From an uncultured Lachnoclostridium sp. (GTDB lineage Bacteria > Bacillota > Clostridia > Lachnospirales > Lachnospiraceae): a DNA stretch of 64,000 bases. The translations under genes and the position numbers were made by a program. Position 1 is the stretch's first letter. Every line of letters starts with the position of its first letter. Shown here piece by piece: positions 27,525 through 36,356 of this stretch. The DNA lies in assembly GCA_946415315.1 (NCBI GenBank), contig CAMKRZ010000006.1, forward strand, positions 4,168 through 68,167, in the 5' to 3' direction. The notes beneath the pieces were generated by a model. The model saw only the letters and a list, made by a program, of their open reading frames with translations. It did no database searches and was not told where the DNA came from.

Positions 27525-30047
27525 ATGCGGTTGATTCGAAAACGGCTCTGTTCCCTCCTGCTCTGCGCGGTTCTCGCTGCAGGGCTGTTACCGATGTCCG
27601 GAATCCATACGGCTCAGGCCGGGGGCCTTTCACTTGACACTCCCGATCTTTATTACGGGAATCTTTCTTCTGACACTCCTGTACTGTACTCCAAAGGCAA
27701 TTCTTACGATACTCCCGAGGCGCGCGCCGCGGCGGTGAACAAGCTTCGTTACCGCTTCCTCGGGGAAATGCTTTCTCATATCGGCTGCGCCTACGAAAAG
27801 GGCAAGGGACACTTCTCCTCGGCGAAGAGTTTCGACTGCTCCGGCCTGATCGCGCACGCTTTCATCTCCATCGGATACAGCCGTTATTTTTCGATCAGCG
27901 ACAAAAAATGGGATCCCGGTAAGTTTCAGGCGTACGACGGCCAGGGGATTCCTTCCTCCGAATGGAAGGATTTTTCGTGGCGCGGGTCAAGCGGTCTCTG
28001 GGAAAATGTCCGCGACGGCCAGACAATCTACCTTCTTCCGGACAGTTCGAAAAATCCCGTACTGGCATTTACCGTGCGCAAGTCCGACAAGAAAGCGGAT
28101 TTTGTGAGCGACATCTCGAACCCCGCCAAATGGCCGGACTCCTTCCGTGAGGCCGTCCAACAGCGCGGCACCATAATCGTCAAGAACCACACGGATCAGA
28201 CCAAATGGCACACCACGGTCGCCGTCGGGTATTACGACGCGGACTGGTTCCACGCGAACGGACATGATACGAACCCCGCCAAGTCCTCGATCTCCGGTGT
28301 CAAGAAAACCATCGCCAAGGATCTTGTCAAAGAATTTTCCTCCTACGGACTCTCCTCTTCCGTGCTCACCAAGGTTCACCGCGGCCTCGCGGACGGAACG
28401 TTTGACGGTGACAAAACGGGAGGCAAAACCTACAACTCCGGCTTCAACGATCTGGACCGCGAGGACGACGTGTATCCCGCGATGTGGGACCTTCGGCAGC
28501 GGCGGATCACCGACGACCGCGCCTACTCTCCGCTCTGGCAGATCGATGCCCTGAACCCCCGCGTCGGCGTGTCCGTCAACAATTCCACGCTGGCGCTCAG
28601 CCACGACAACTCCGTGGCGATGGTTCTGGAGTGGGAGGAATACGGCAGCTGCAGCCTGACCAATTACGACAATCTCTCCTCGTTCGGCGGCGAGGATCAG
28701 CCCATCGCCGGCGCGGTTTACGCAATTTATGATAAGGACGGCTCCTACGAAGATCTCGCGAAGCGCAAACAACTGACCACGGTAACCGCTGACGAAACCG
28801 GTCTGGTTCGATTTTCCGGACTGCCGGTGAGCGGAACAAAACACAGCGCCGACTACTATGTCATCGAGCTCTCCCCTCCGCCGGATTGTCAACCAAACGC
28901 CAGCGTGTACAAAGTCGGCGTGACGCGGGACGGCGATACCGAGATTGTCGAAGGCGGCCGGGTCACAAGCCGATTCAACACGGAAATGCTCTCCGTACAG
29001 CTCAATAAGGCGGACTGCCTCTCCGATGCGGTATCCTGGCTGCCGGGCAGCAATGCGGACAGCATCGCTGACTCCCTGCCGGAAGACTGCCCCGTCGGTT
29101 TCTGTATCCTTCGCACGAAAAATGTCATCACTGCCGACATCACCGACGCAAACAGCCCTCTGTACAACAGCAGCGCGGTGTACACCATTGCGGCGAACGG
29201 CGACATTGTCCGAAACGGTCATATCCTCTACGAAAACGGCACAGTGATACAGACTGTCTTCGGCAGCTCCAACGGAACGGTCACGTTCACCGATCTTCCG
29301 CCCGGCAAGTACATCATCGACCTGCAGGCGGCGCCCAACGGTTTTTCGTCCGATTTTCCGCGCAGCGGCACCCGCATTTTCGTCACGCTGACCGGGGAAG
29401 CTCCGGTGGAGACACAGACCCTTTCCTGCCATAAACTGAAACTGCAGCCGGTCATTCGGGTGACAGATCTCTCCGGGCAACCCGTTTCCGGCGGCCGTTT
29501 TGCCCTGTGCTGCGAGAGCGACATATACGATTACACCGGCACGCGGCTGCTGATCGCGAAAGATTCACCGATCGCCGTCGGAACAGCGGACGCGGAAGGC
29601 CTCCTGCGGTTCGGCGACACGGCGACGGCATCCACCTTCGCTCAGCTTCTGCCGGTCGGATCGGTGTACTATATCACGATGCTTGCTCCTCCGGACGACT
29701 GTCTTCCTGCTAGTGTCGAACCCACGAAAAGAACTCCCTCCACCGCTGACAGAGTCGTGGAATTCACCTACACTGCCGATGAGTGGGCGAACAAAGAGAT
29801 CGCGGAATACCATTTTACGATCCAACTGGAAAAAATTACGGGCGCGTCCGAGGATCCCGTTCCCGAACGGGTCCTTCCCAATGAGCCGGTTCCGACTGCC
29901 ACGCCGAAACCCGCTGAGGCAGGAATTCCGGTCAATCCGGTCCATGGTTCCGTCGTCAACGCCCTGCCGCTCTTCACCGTGATCCTGCTGCTCGGCGCGG
30001 CAACCGCGATCCTTCAGCTGATCCGGAGAAAAGAAGACGGTCGCTGA
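27525..30047 (+). CDS. Large secreted NlpC/P60 cell-wall hydrolase with Cna-B/SpaA-like fold repeats and a C-terminal TM anchor
   Basis: Start chosen at ATG 27525 (GGAGG 6 nt upstream); the track ORF start at 27018 overlaps rsmJ. The signal peptide is MRLIRKRLCSLLLCAVLAAGLLPMSGIHTAQA. The NlpC/P60 Cys motif is SFDCSGLIAHAF. Prealbumin-like repeats include AGAVYAIYDKDG...TADETGLVRFSGLPV...YYVIELSPP and GTVTFTDLPPGKYIIDLQAAPNGF. The C-terminus is LPLFTVILLLGAATAILQLIRRKEDGR. Confidence 0.85.
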   Translation: MRLIRKRLCSLLLCAVLAAGLLPMSGIHTAQAGGLSLDTPDLYYGNLSSDTPVLYSKGNSYDTPEARAAAVNKLRYRFLGEMLSHIGCAYEKGKGHFSSAKSFDCSGLIAHAFISIGYSRYFSISDKKWDPGKFQAYDGQGIPSSEWKDFSWRGSSGLWENVRDGQTIYLLPDSSKNPVLAFTVRKSDKKADFVSDISNPAKWPDSFREAVQQRGTIIVKNHTDQTKWHTTVAVGYYDADWFHANGHDTNPAKSSISGVKKTIAKDLVKEFSSYGLSSSVLTKVHRGLADGTFDGDKTGGKTYNSGFNDLDREDDVYPAMWDLRQRRITDDRAYSPLWQIDALNPRVGVSVNNSTLALSHDNSVAMVLEWEEYGSCSLTNYDNLSSFGGEDQPIAGAVYAIYDKDGSYEDLAKRKQLTTVTADETGLVRFSGLPVSGTKHSADYYVIELSPPPDCQPNASVYKVGVTRDGDTEIVEGGRVTSRFNTEMLSVQLNKADCLSDAVSWLPGSNADSIADSLPEDCPVGFCILRTKNVITADITDANSPLYNSSAVYTIAANGDIVRNGHILYENGTVIQTVFGSSNGTVTFTDLPPGKYIIDLQAAPNGFSSDFPRSGTRIFVTLTGEAPVETQTLSCHKLKLQPVIRVTDLSGQPVSGGRFALCCESDIYDYTGTRLLIAKDSPIAVGTADAEGLLRFGDTATASTFAQLLPVGSVYYITMLAPPDDCLPASVEPTKRTPSTADRVVEFTYTADEWANKEIAEYHFTIQLEKITGASEDPVPERVLPNEPVPTATPKPAEAGIPVNPVHGSVVNALPLFTVILLLGAATAILQLIRRKEDGR

Positions 30048-30180
30048 CGATCCCGCAAAATGCAAAATGATCGGTGACAATTATCAAAACAGCGGTTGCG
30101 TACATTTTCCGTCTATTGTATAATGATACACAAATACAAATGTCCCATGAATTACTACTTATACAGGAGGATATATAACA

Positions 30181-31182
30181 ATGGCAAAGATCAAGCTGGA
30201 GCGCGCCAACGAGCGCACCCCTCTCGTAAAGACCATCTACACTGCTGACCCGTCCGCGCATGTGTTTGACGGCAAGATCTACATCTACCCGTCGCACGAT
30301 TTCGAGCATGACTGCCCGGACGACGACAACGGCGATCAGTATATCATGCAGGACTATCATGTTCTGTCCATGGACAGCCTCGATTCGGAGTGTGTGGACA
30401 ACGGTCTCGCACTTTCGCAGGACGATATCCCGTGGGTAAAGAACCAGTTGTGGGCGCCGGACTGCATCTGCAGAAACGGCAAATACTACCTCGTATTCCC
30501 GGCGAAGGATTACGAAGGCCAGTTCCACATCGGCGTTGCCGTTTCGGATTCCCCGGTCGGCCCGTTCACACCGCAGGAGAACTGCATTGAAGGCAGCTAC
30601 AGCATCGACCCCGCCGTTTTAGTGGACGATGACGACCGCGTCTACTGCTACTACGGTGGTCTCTGGGGCGGACAGCTTGAGATGTGGCAGTCCGGTTCCT
30701 TCGATCCGGATGCTCATCGTCCGGAGGGCGACGAGCCCGCGCTCGGACCGATGTTTGCCGAGTTCAACGATGATCTGACCGCATTTATCACCGAGCCGAA
30801 GCACCTTGTGATCCTCGACGAGAACGGCGAGCCGATCAAGGCCGGTGACGAGGACCGCAGATATTTCGAGGGTCCCTGGATGCACAAGTTCAACGGCAAG
30901 TACTATCTCTCCTACTCGACCGGCACCACGCACTATCTCTGCTACGCAGAGGGCGAGAAGCCGGACGGCCCGTTCACTTACAAAGGACGCATCATGGAGC
31001 CCGTACTCGGCTGGACGACGCACCACTCCGTTGTGAAGATCGGCGATGACTGGTATCTCTTCTACCATGACTGTGAGCTCTCCGGCGGCGTTACGCACGA
31101 GCGTTGCGTGAAGTACACGAAGCTCAACATCCACGAGGACGGCACGATCGATACGATCTATCCTTACGACTTTGAGCGCTAA
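30181..31182 (+). CDS. Glycoside hydrolase family 43 (beta-xylosidase/alpha-L-arabinofuranosidase type)
   Basis: 333 aa. ADPSAHVFDGKIYIYPSHD, WAPD, YYLVFP and FEGPWMHKFNGKYYLSYS are GH43 five-bladed propeller signatures. A TTGCGT-17-TATAAT promoter lies upstream. Confidence 0.88.
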   Translation: MAKIKLERANERTPLVKTIYTADPSAHVFDGKIYIYPSHDFEHDCPDDDNGDQYIMQDYHVLSMDSLDSECVDNGLALSQDDIPWVKNQLWAPDCICRNGKYYLVFPAKDYEGQFHIGVAVSDSPVGPFTPQENCIEGSYSIDPAVLVDDDDRVYCYYGGLWGGQLEMWQSGSFDPDAHRPEGDEPALGPMFAEFNDDLTAFITEPKHLVILDENGEPIKAGDEDRRYFEGPWMHKFNGKYYLSYSTGTTHYLCYAEGEKPDGPFTYKGRIMEPVLGWTTHHSVVKIGDDWYLFYHDCELSGGVTHERCVKYTKLNIHEDGTIDTIYPYDFER

Positions 31183-31207
31183 ACGAGAGAACACGAAACA
31201 ACCCCTT

Positions 31208-31332
31208 ACTCAGCATTCATTCCCGCGATAGCGGGTAATCAAAGAGCGGGCTGCACCATGGAAACGACAGTTTCCATGGTCAGCCCGCTCCTTTGATTAA
31301 AAGCAGACGAAGTCTGCGTATGAATGCTGAGT
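31208..31332. repeat. 125-nt nested inverted-repeat element: three hairpins closed by a 13-bp outer stem, between convergent genes
   Basis: Outer stem: ACTCAGCATTCAT (31208..31220) pairs with ATGAATGCTGAGT (31320..31332). Inner hairpins: CCCGC-gata-GCGGG (31222..31235); a ~28-bp stem at 31237..31298 (AATCAAAGAGCGGGCTGCACCATGGAAAC-gaca-GTTTCCATGGTCAGCCCGCTCCTTTGATT); and GCAGAC-gaa-GTCTGC (31303..31317). Confidence 0.8.
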
Positions 31333-31416
31333 GTTGCCCACCGCTCGTGTTCCGAGTGCACGTACAGTGAGCGAGCTTTGCTCGCGAACCGAGCGCCGGC
31401 GATTACAACCAACCGA

Positions 31417-32001
31417 TTACTGCTCTCTCTCCGTCTCCCTGTTGAAGATTGTGAACAGTTTGAACCGGTAGCACAGAAGCAGCGAGATCACCACACCGAG
31501 AAGCGCCTGCGCGATCTCGTACGGCAGTTTCATCATCGCATACTCATATGTGCTGTACACGTAAATCTTGCCGAGCGTGTAACCGACAACCATGATCACC
31601 GCTCCGATCAGCACCGCGATCAGGGAGCGTACGAAATGCGGCTTCACACCCTTACCGCCGCGCACGATCAGCGAGATGACAACCGCCTGAAGTCCGTGTA
31701 CGGCAAGCGAGACAAACATCGGTGCCGGGTAGAAAATGAAATCTCCCAGGAACGAACCGATACCGCCTACGGCAAATGCAGCCAGCGGATCCAGCAGCAA
31801 CGCCGCCGTGCAAATGATCGCATCGCAGAGATACAGATGCCCGCCGGGAACCGGGATTCCCAGGGTTGCCAGTACGATGTTGATCGCCATGAACATCGCC
31901 GTGATCGTAATCCAGAGAACTTTATGATTTTCCCGCAGCGAAACCGCCGCGCGATTGATATTAATTCCGGCTTTCGCCTTCACTTTTGCCATAATCTTCA
32001 T
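31417..32001 (-). CDS. Small polytopic membrane protein, ECF-transporter S-component-like
   Basis: 194 aa with about 5-6 TM helices and the size and hydrophobicity pattern of ECF S components. It overlaps the 3' end of nifU by 41 nt. Substrate unknown. Confidence 0.55.
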   Translation of the reverse strand: MKIMAKVKAKAGININRAAVSLRENHKVLWITITAMFMAINIVLATLGIPVPGGHLYLCDAIICTAALLLDPLAAFAVGGIGSFLGDFIFYPAPMFVSLAVHGLQAVVISLIVRGGKGVKPHFVRSLIAVLIGAVIMVVGYTLGKIYVYSTYEYAMMKLPYEIAQALLGVVISLLLCYRFKLFTIFNRETEREQ

Positions 32002-32395
32002 TCACCTGTGGGGAGCCCTCCGCTCCCTTCTTTCTTTCATAGTCATCCAACGCATTGCGGATAGCTTCCTCCGCCAGAACCGAGCAATGCATCTTGTAAT
32101 CCGGCAGCCCGTCAAGAGCTTCGGCCACCGCCTTGTTCGTCAACGCCATCGCCTCGGAGACGGGCTTGCCCTTGATCAGCTCCGTCGCCATCGAACTGGA
32201 AGCGATGGCGCTGCCACAGCCAAACGTCTCGAATTTTACATCCGTGATGATGTCGTTGTCAATCTTTAAATACATTTTCATAATATCGCCGCATTTGGCG
32301 TTTCCGACTTCACCGACGCCGTCCGCATCCTCGATCACGCCGACGTTGCGCGGATTCCTGAAATGATCCATAACCTTATCGCTGTACAGTGCCAT
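31961..32395 (-). CDS. nifU: Fe-S cluster assembly scaffold protein NifU/IscU
   Basis: 144 aa starting MALYSDKVMDHFRNPRNVG. The three conserved Cys are in GNAKCGD, FGCGSAIASSS and HCSVLAEEA. Confidence 0.93.
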   Translation of the reverse strand: MALYSDKVMDHFRNPRNVGVIEDADGVGEVGNAKCGDIMKMYLKIDNDIITDVKFETFGCGSAIASSSMATELIKGKPVSEAMALTNKAVAEALDGLPDYKMHCSVLAEEAIRNALDDYERKKGAEGSPQVNEDYGKSEGESRN

Positions 32396-32451
32396 ATTTG
32401 ATTCCTCCTGTTATCCAATCAGTCCCGTATCTTTCGGAAAATGTTTCCTCT

Positions 32452-33636
32452 CTACAGGATAAACTGCTTCTTTCCCGCCATCAGATCCCGCCAGATCGGT
32501 GAGAAACCGCGGAGATACTCGACGACCTCGCGAACATTTTTCACGATGTAATCGACTTCCTCGTCGGTGATATCGTCGCCGATGCTCAAGCGCAGCGAAC
32601 CGTGCGCGACATCGTGCACTCTTCCGATCGCAAGGAGCACATGGCTCGGATCGAGCGACCCGGACGTACACGCGCTTCCCGACGAAGCCGCGATCCCGCG
32701 GTCATCCAGAAGAAGCAACAGCGACTCGCCCTCGATCCCTTCGAAGCAGAAGTTGACGTTGGAAGGAAGCCTCTTCGCCGCATCGCCGTTGAGCGCCGAA
32801 TGCGGGATTTCCCGAAGCCCCCGGATCAGCCGGTCGCGTTTCTCCTGCGTCACCTTCGCGCGCTCCGAAAGCGTCTCTGCCGCCTCCGTAAGAGCGGTAG
32901 CCATCGCCGCGATGCCCGGGACATTTTCCGTGCCCGCGCGCTTGCCGCGCTCCTGCGCGCCGCCTTCAATAATGTTCGTCAGGCGGATGCCCTTGCGGAA
33001 ATACAGGAACCCGCTGCCCTTCGGTCCGTGGAACTTGTGCGCCGACGCCGAGAGCATATCGATGTTGTCGCGCTCGACATCCACGGAGATGTGACCGATC
33101 GCCTGCACCGCGTCCGTGTGGAACAACACGCCTCGCTCGCGGCAGATCGCTCCGAGTTCGCGGATCGGCTGAATCGTGCCGATCTCGTTGTTCGCGTACA
33201 TGATCGTCACCAAAGCGGTGTCCTCGCGGATCGTTGCCGCAAGTTCCTCCGGCCGGACCAGGCCGTCCTCGTGCACGGGAAGGAGCGTCACCTCGAAGCC
33301 TTCCTTCTCAAGTTTCGCGAGCGTGTGCAGAACCGCATGGTGCTCGAAGGCGCTCGAAATGATGTGCTTCTTTCCCTTCGCCTTCCCAAGCTCTGCCGCC
33401 GAGCGGATCGCCTGATTGTCCGCCTCGCTTCCGCCGGAGGTGAACAGAATCTCCCGCGGCTGCGCGTTGATCACCGCTGCGACATCCTCTCTCGCTTTCT
33501 CAAGCACTTCCTTGGAGCGCTGTCCGAGGCTGTACAGACTCGACGCGTTGCCGTAATTTTCCTTCGACAGCTCGATCAGTGTATTCAGAGCCGCATCGCT
33601 CATTCGCGTTGTCGCGGCATTGTCCGCATATATCAT
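32452..33636 (-). CDS. nifS: Cysteine desulfurase (NifS/IscS class)
   Basis: 394 aa with FTSGGSEADN, SASAHKFHGPKG (PLP lysine) and SSGSACTSG (active-site Cys). Confidence 0.93.
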   Translation of the reverse strand: MIYADNAATTRMSDAALNTLIELSKENYGNASSLYSLGQRSKEVLEKAREDVAAVINAQPREILFTSGGSEADNQAIRSAAELGKAKGKKHIISSAFEHHAVLHTLAKLEKEGFEVTLLPVHEDGLVRPEELAATIREDTALVTIMYANNEIGTIQPIRELGAICRERGVLFHTDAVQAIGHISVDVERDNIDMLSASAHKFHGPKGSGFLYFRKGIRLTNIIEGGAQERGKRAGTENVPGIAAMATALTEAAETLSERAKVTQEKRDRLIRGLREIPHSALNGDAAKRLPSNVNFCFEGIEGESLLLLLDDRGIAASSGSACTSGSLDPSHVLLAIGRVHDVAHGSLRLSIGDDITDEEVDYIVKNVREVVEYLRGFSPIWRDLMAGKKQFIL

Positions 33637-33737
33637 AGGAACTCTCCTTCTTCGAAAAATGAACCTTCGGTATCCGAACGCCGGACTCGCGGGTACTTCC
33701 CATGCGGGGCAAGTCCCTGTCTCGTACCGGCAGTTGC

Positions 33738-33771
33738 ATCTTACACCTATTCGCCTACCGTGTCAATAGGT
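33738..33771 (-). promoter_or_regulatory. nifS promoter overlapped by a 27-bp palindromic operator (ACCTATT-N13-AATAGGT)
   Basis: Minus strand TTGACA (33766..33761), 17 nt, TAAGAT (33743..33738). The palindrome ACCTATT (33745..33751), N13, AATAGGT (33765..33771) covers the spacer and -35. Confidence 0.65.
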
Positions 33772-33789
33772 AATTAATTCATTTTTCAC

Positions 33790-33823
33790 TTGATTTACCT
33801 ATTCACCCTGTGGTACAATAGGT
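33790..33823 (+). promoter_or_regulatory. Rrf2-gene promoter overlapped by a second copy of the same palindrome
   Basis: TTGATT (33790..33795), 18 nt, TACAAT (33814..33819). The palindrome ACCTATT (33797..33803), N13, AATAGGT (33817..33823) spans the spacer and -10. Confidence 0.65.
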
Positions 33824-33886
33824 AAAACGTCGCGGAACGGGCATTTTTCGTGCTCCGAACCGACGGGAAGAGGGGGTATTTTCCGT

Positions 33887-34291
33887 ATGATATCAACGAA
33901 AGGCCGCTACGCGATCCGCGTATTGTTAGACATAGCCGAACACGATAACGGTTCCTACATTCCGCTCAAGGATGTTGCCGAGCGGCAGGAGGTTTCCAAA
34001 AAATACCTGGAGATCATTGTCAAGGAGATGGTCACCGCAGGTCTTCTGACCGGCGCCAGCGGCAAGGGCGGCGGCTACAAGTTGTGCCGCAAACCGGAGG
34101 ATTACATCATCGGCGAAGTCCTCGAGATCATGGAGGGTCCGCTCGCTCCGGTCAGTTGTCTCGCCGGGGGCGGTTTCGAATGTCCCAGGAAGAGTGCCTG
34201 CCAGACACTTCCGCTGTGGGAGGAGTACTACAAACTTCAGCACGATTTCTTCTACGGCAAGCGCCTGAGCGACCTGATTCCGAAGAAGTAA
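33887..34291 (+). CDS. Rrf2-family transcriptional regulator (IscR/CymR-like, with three-Cys cluster motif)
   Basis: 134 aa starting MISTKGRYAIRVLLDIA with a winged HTH. The C-terminal CLAGGGFECPRKSAC spacing resembles IscR-type Fe-S ligands. It is divergent from nifS. Confidence 0.9.
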   Translation: MISTKGRYAIRVLLDIAEHDNGSYIPLKDVAERQEVSKKYLEIIVKEMVTAGLLTGASGKGGGYKLCRKPEDYIIGEVLEIMEGPLAPVSCLAGGGFECPRKSACQTLPLWEEYYKLQHDFFYGKRLSDLIPKK

Positions 34292-34342
34292 CATGCCATC
34301 GTACGGCGCACAAGGCGCCGGGATCATTTCTGCTTAAACTAT

Positions 34343-34370
34343 GGCGGATCCGCTGGAATCCGCCTTTTTT
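34343..34370 (+). terminator. Intrinsic terminator of the Rrf2 gene
   Basis: GGCGGATCC-gctg-GAATCCGCC followed by TTTTTT. Confidence 0.8.
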
Positions 34371-34444
34371 AATACGCATGTACAATGTTTCCGATCAACA
34401 CCCGCGCGCACAACCGGGATTTCCGGTCGCGCAGATTCCCGCGA

Positions 34445-35002
34445 TCACTTCTTGATATCCGCTCTCCAGGTCGCAGGCTTGAACTCATGCAGCAGCGGCA
34501 GAAGGCGCTGATCCACATCAATCTTCAGCACGGAGTTGAAGTTGTTCGTTGCGATCATCTGACCGGCAAAACCGACGATCACGACGATCTCGCGATCTGA
34601 AAAATACCCGCGGAGCTTCTCGAAGATCTCATCGGAAACATCGGTCGGATCCTTCACGATCGACTGTGCAAGGGCGACAAGCACCTGCTCACGGTCGTCG
34701 TACACAAGGTTGTGCGGATCAAGTCCGAGACCCTTCACATCGCTGATGAAGAACAGCGAGCACAGTTGGCAGGAGTTGGTTGTGGAGATCGCGTGCGCAT
34801 AGAGGATCGCATCCTTCTCTCCCACCACTTCCACCAGACGCTTCCACGAGGTGTACCATGCCATGAACGCATCGTACGTTGCCGCGTCGTTCAGGAGTCC
34901 TTTCTTCATGTTCGTGACGGCATTTCTGCCCGCCAGCTCATCGTAGCGAACCTTCTCTTCTCCGGTTGCCTCGTTCTGTTCCACAAGATGAATTCGTGCC
35001 AT
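34445..35002 (-). CDS. Carboxymuconolactone decarboxylase/AhpD-like family protein
   Basis: Start chosen at ATG 35002 (AAAGGAGAA upstream). It has the CxxC motif SCQLCS within an AhpD-like helical context. 185 aa. Confidence 0.7.
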   Translation of the reverse strand: MARIHLVEQNEATGEEKVRYDELAGRNAVTNMKKGLLNDAATYDAFMAWYTSWKRLVEVVGEKDAILYAHAISTTNSCQLCSLFFISDVKGLGLDPHNLVYDDREQVLVALAQSIVKDPTDVSDEIFEKLRGYFSDREIVVIVGFAGQMIATNNFNSVLKIDVDQRLLPLLHEFKPATWRADIKK

Positions 35003-35087
35003 TGTTTTGTTCTCCTTTTTGTTCTTATTTCTTTCCTGTACCAAATATCTCTGTAACAATAATTAAGTAATCTTCAACGCTGTTCTG

Positions 35088-36248
35088 TCACAGTGCCAGC
35101 TGCAGGATACCCTGAATGGCTTCCGCCGTGAGCGGCTCGTAGTGTCCGACGGGCCCGTTTCTCGTTGCCCGCTTCGCCATCACCGCAAAATCCCCATCAC
35201 CGATACCGAGCTCCGTGAGCGTTGTCCGCAATGACAGTTTCCGGAAAAATTTCTCCAGTTCATCGGCCAGGATGTATGCTCTCTCCTTCTCATTGTAGAG
35301 GAAGGTGTCGGCCCCGAACACGCGTGTCGCGAGAAGTGCCGGCCTCCACGGTTTGCGCTCTGCCATGTACTTCGTCCATGCGACCAGAACGACCGCCATA
35401 CCCTCGCCGTGCGTGATATTGTACTGCGCGGACAACTCATGCTCGATCCGGTGTGAACCCCAGTCAGCCCGCCGTCCGGCGTCGAGAAAGTTGTTGTGCG
35501 CCACGCTCGCGAGCCACTGCAATTCGCCGCGGGCGTTGATGTCCGTCGGATTTGCAAGCAGTCGGTCCGCATTGACCTGCAGCGCCCGGATCGCGCCCTC
35601 GATCAGGAAATCCGTCGTGTCCGAGTGGCGCTCGTCCGAAAAATACCGCTCCAGCAGATGCGCCAGAACATCGGCGATCCCGACCGCCGTCTGGTACGCC
35701 GGCAGGTTGGCCGTGTACCGAGGGTTCATGATCGCAAACTTCGGAATGATGCGGTCGTCCTCGAACCCGAGTTTCCACTCTCCGCTTGAGAGGATCGCCG
35801 CGTTCGATGTCTCCGAACCGCTTGACGCCGTCGTCGCGATCACGCCGACCGGAAGTACGCTGTCCGGTGACACACCCTTCTCGAAGAAATCCCAGACATC
35901 GCCGTCATACGGAATCCCAAGAGCCACAGCCTTCGCCGTGTCGATGGAACTTCCGCCGCCGACCGCAAGAACGAAGTCCACCTTGTCCTTCTTGCCCTGC
36001 GCTACCAGTTTCCGGACAAGGTCGATGCCCGGATTGGGAACGACCTCCCCGTTTTCGGAAAATGCGATCCCCAGTTCACGAACGGCATCCTGCACCGCAT
36101 CGTAAATTCCGAGTGTCTTGATGAAGTCGCCGCTGTACACCAGAAGCAACGATGTCGCGCCGTGCTCCCGGAGGAGGTCGGCAAGCTTACGCTCGCTTCC
36201 CTCTCCGAACACGATCTTCGCCGGATTGTAATACGTAAAACCGATCAT
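35088..36248 (-). CDS. Iron-containing (group III) alcohol dehydrogenase
   Basis: 386 aa with GGGSSIDTAKAV, a His-rich metal site (H..E..L, HGEGMAV) and overall BdhA/YqhD-like layout. Confidence 0.88.
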   Translation of the reverse strand: MIGFTYYNPAKIVFGEGSERKLADLLREHGATSLLLVYSGDFIKTLGIYDAVQDAVRELGIAFSENGEVVPNPGIDLVRKLVAQGKKDKVDFVLAVGGGSSIDTAKAVALGIPYDGDVWDFFEKGVSPDSVLPVGVIATTASSGSETSNAAILSSGEWKLGFEDDRIIPKFAIMNPRYTANLPAYQTAVGIADVLAHLLERYFSDERHSDTTDFLIEGAIRALQVNADRLLANPTDINARGELQWLASVAHNNFLDAGRRADWGSHRIEHELSAQYNITHGEGMAVVLVAWTKYMAERKPWRPALLATRVFGADTFLYNEKERAYILADELEKFFRKLSLRTTLTELGIGDGDFAVMAKRATRNGPVGHYEPLTAEAIQGILQLAL

Positions 36249-36356
36249 GTTGTTGCCTTTCCTCCGGGCTGCATTTTCCGAAGCGCCGGATGTCTTCTTT
36301 CCTCAACCGCGACCATCATGCCGGTCGTTTTTTTGATCAACCCGGGCAGCATATTC

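Noticed and set aside
33740-33830. Repeated ACCTATT/AATAGGT units as a possible CRISPR or mobile-element terminal repeat
   Set aside because: There are only two inverted pairs, each exactly positioned over promoter elements next to an Rrf2 regulator gene. There are no spacers, transposase or direct-repeat array.
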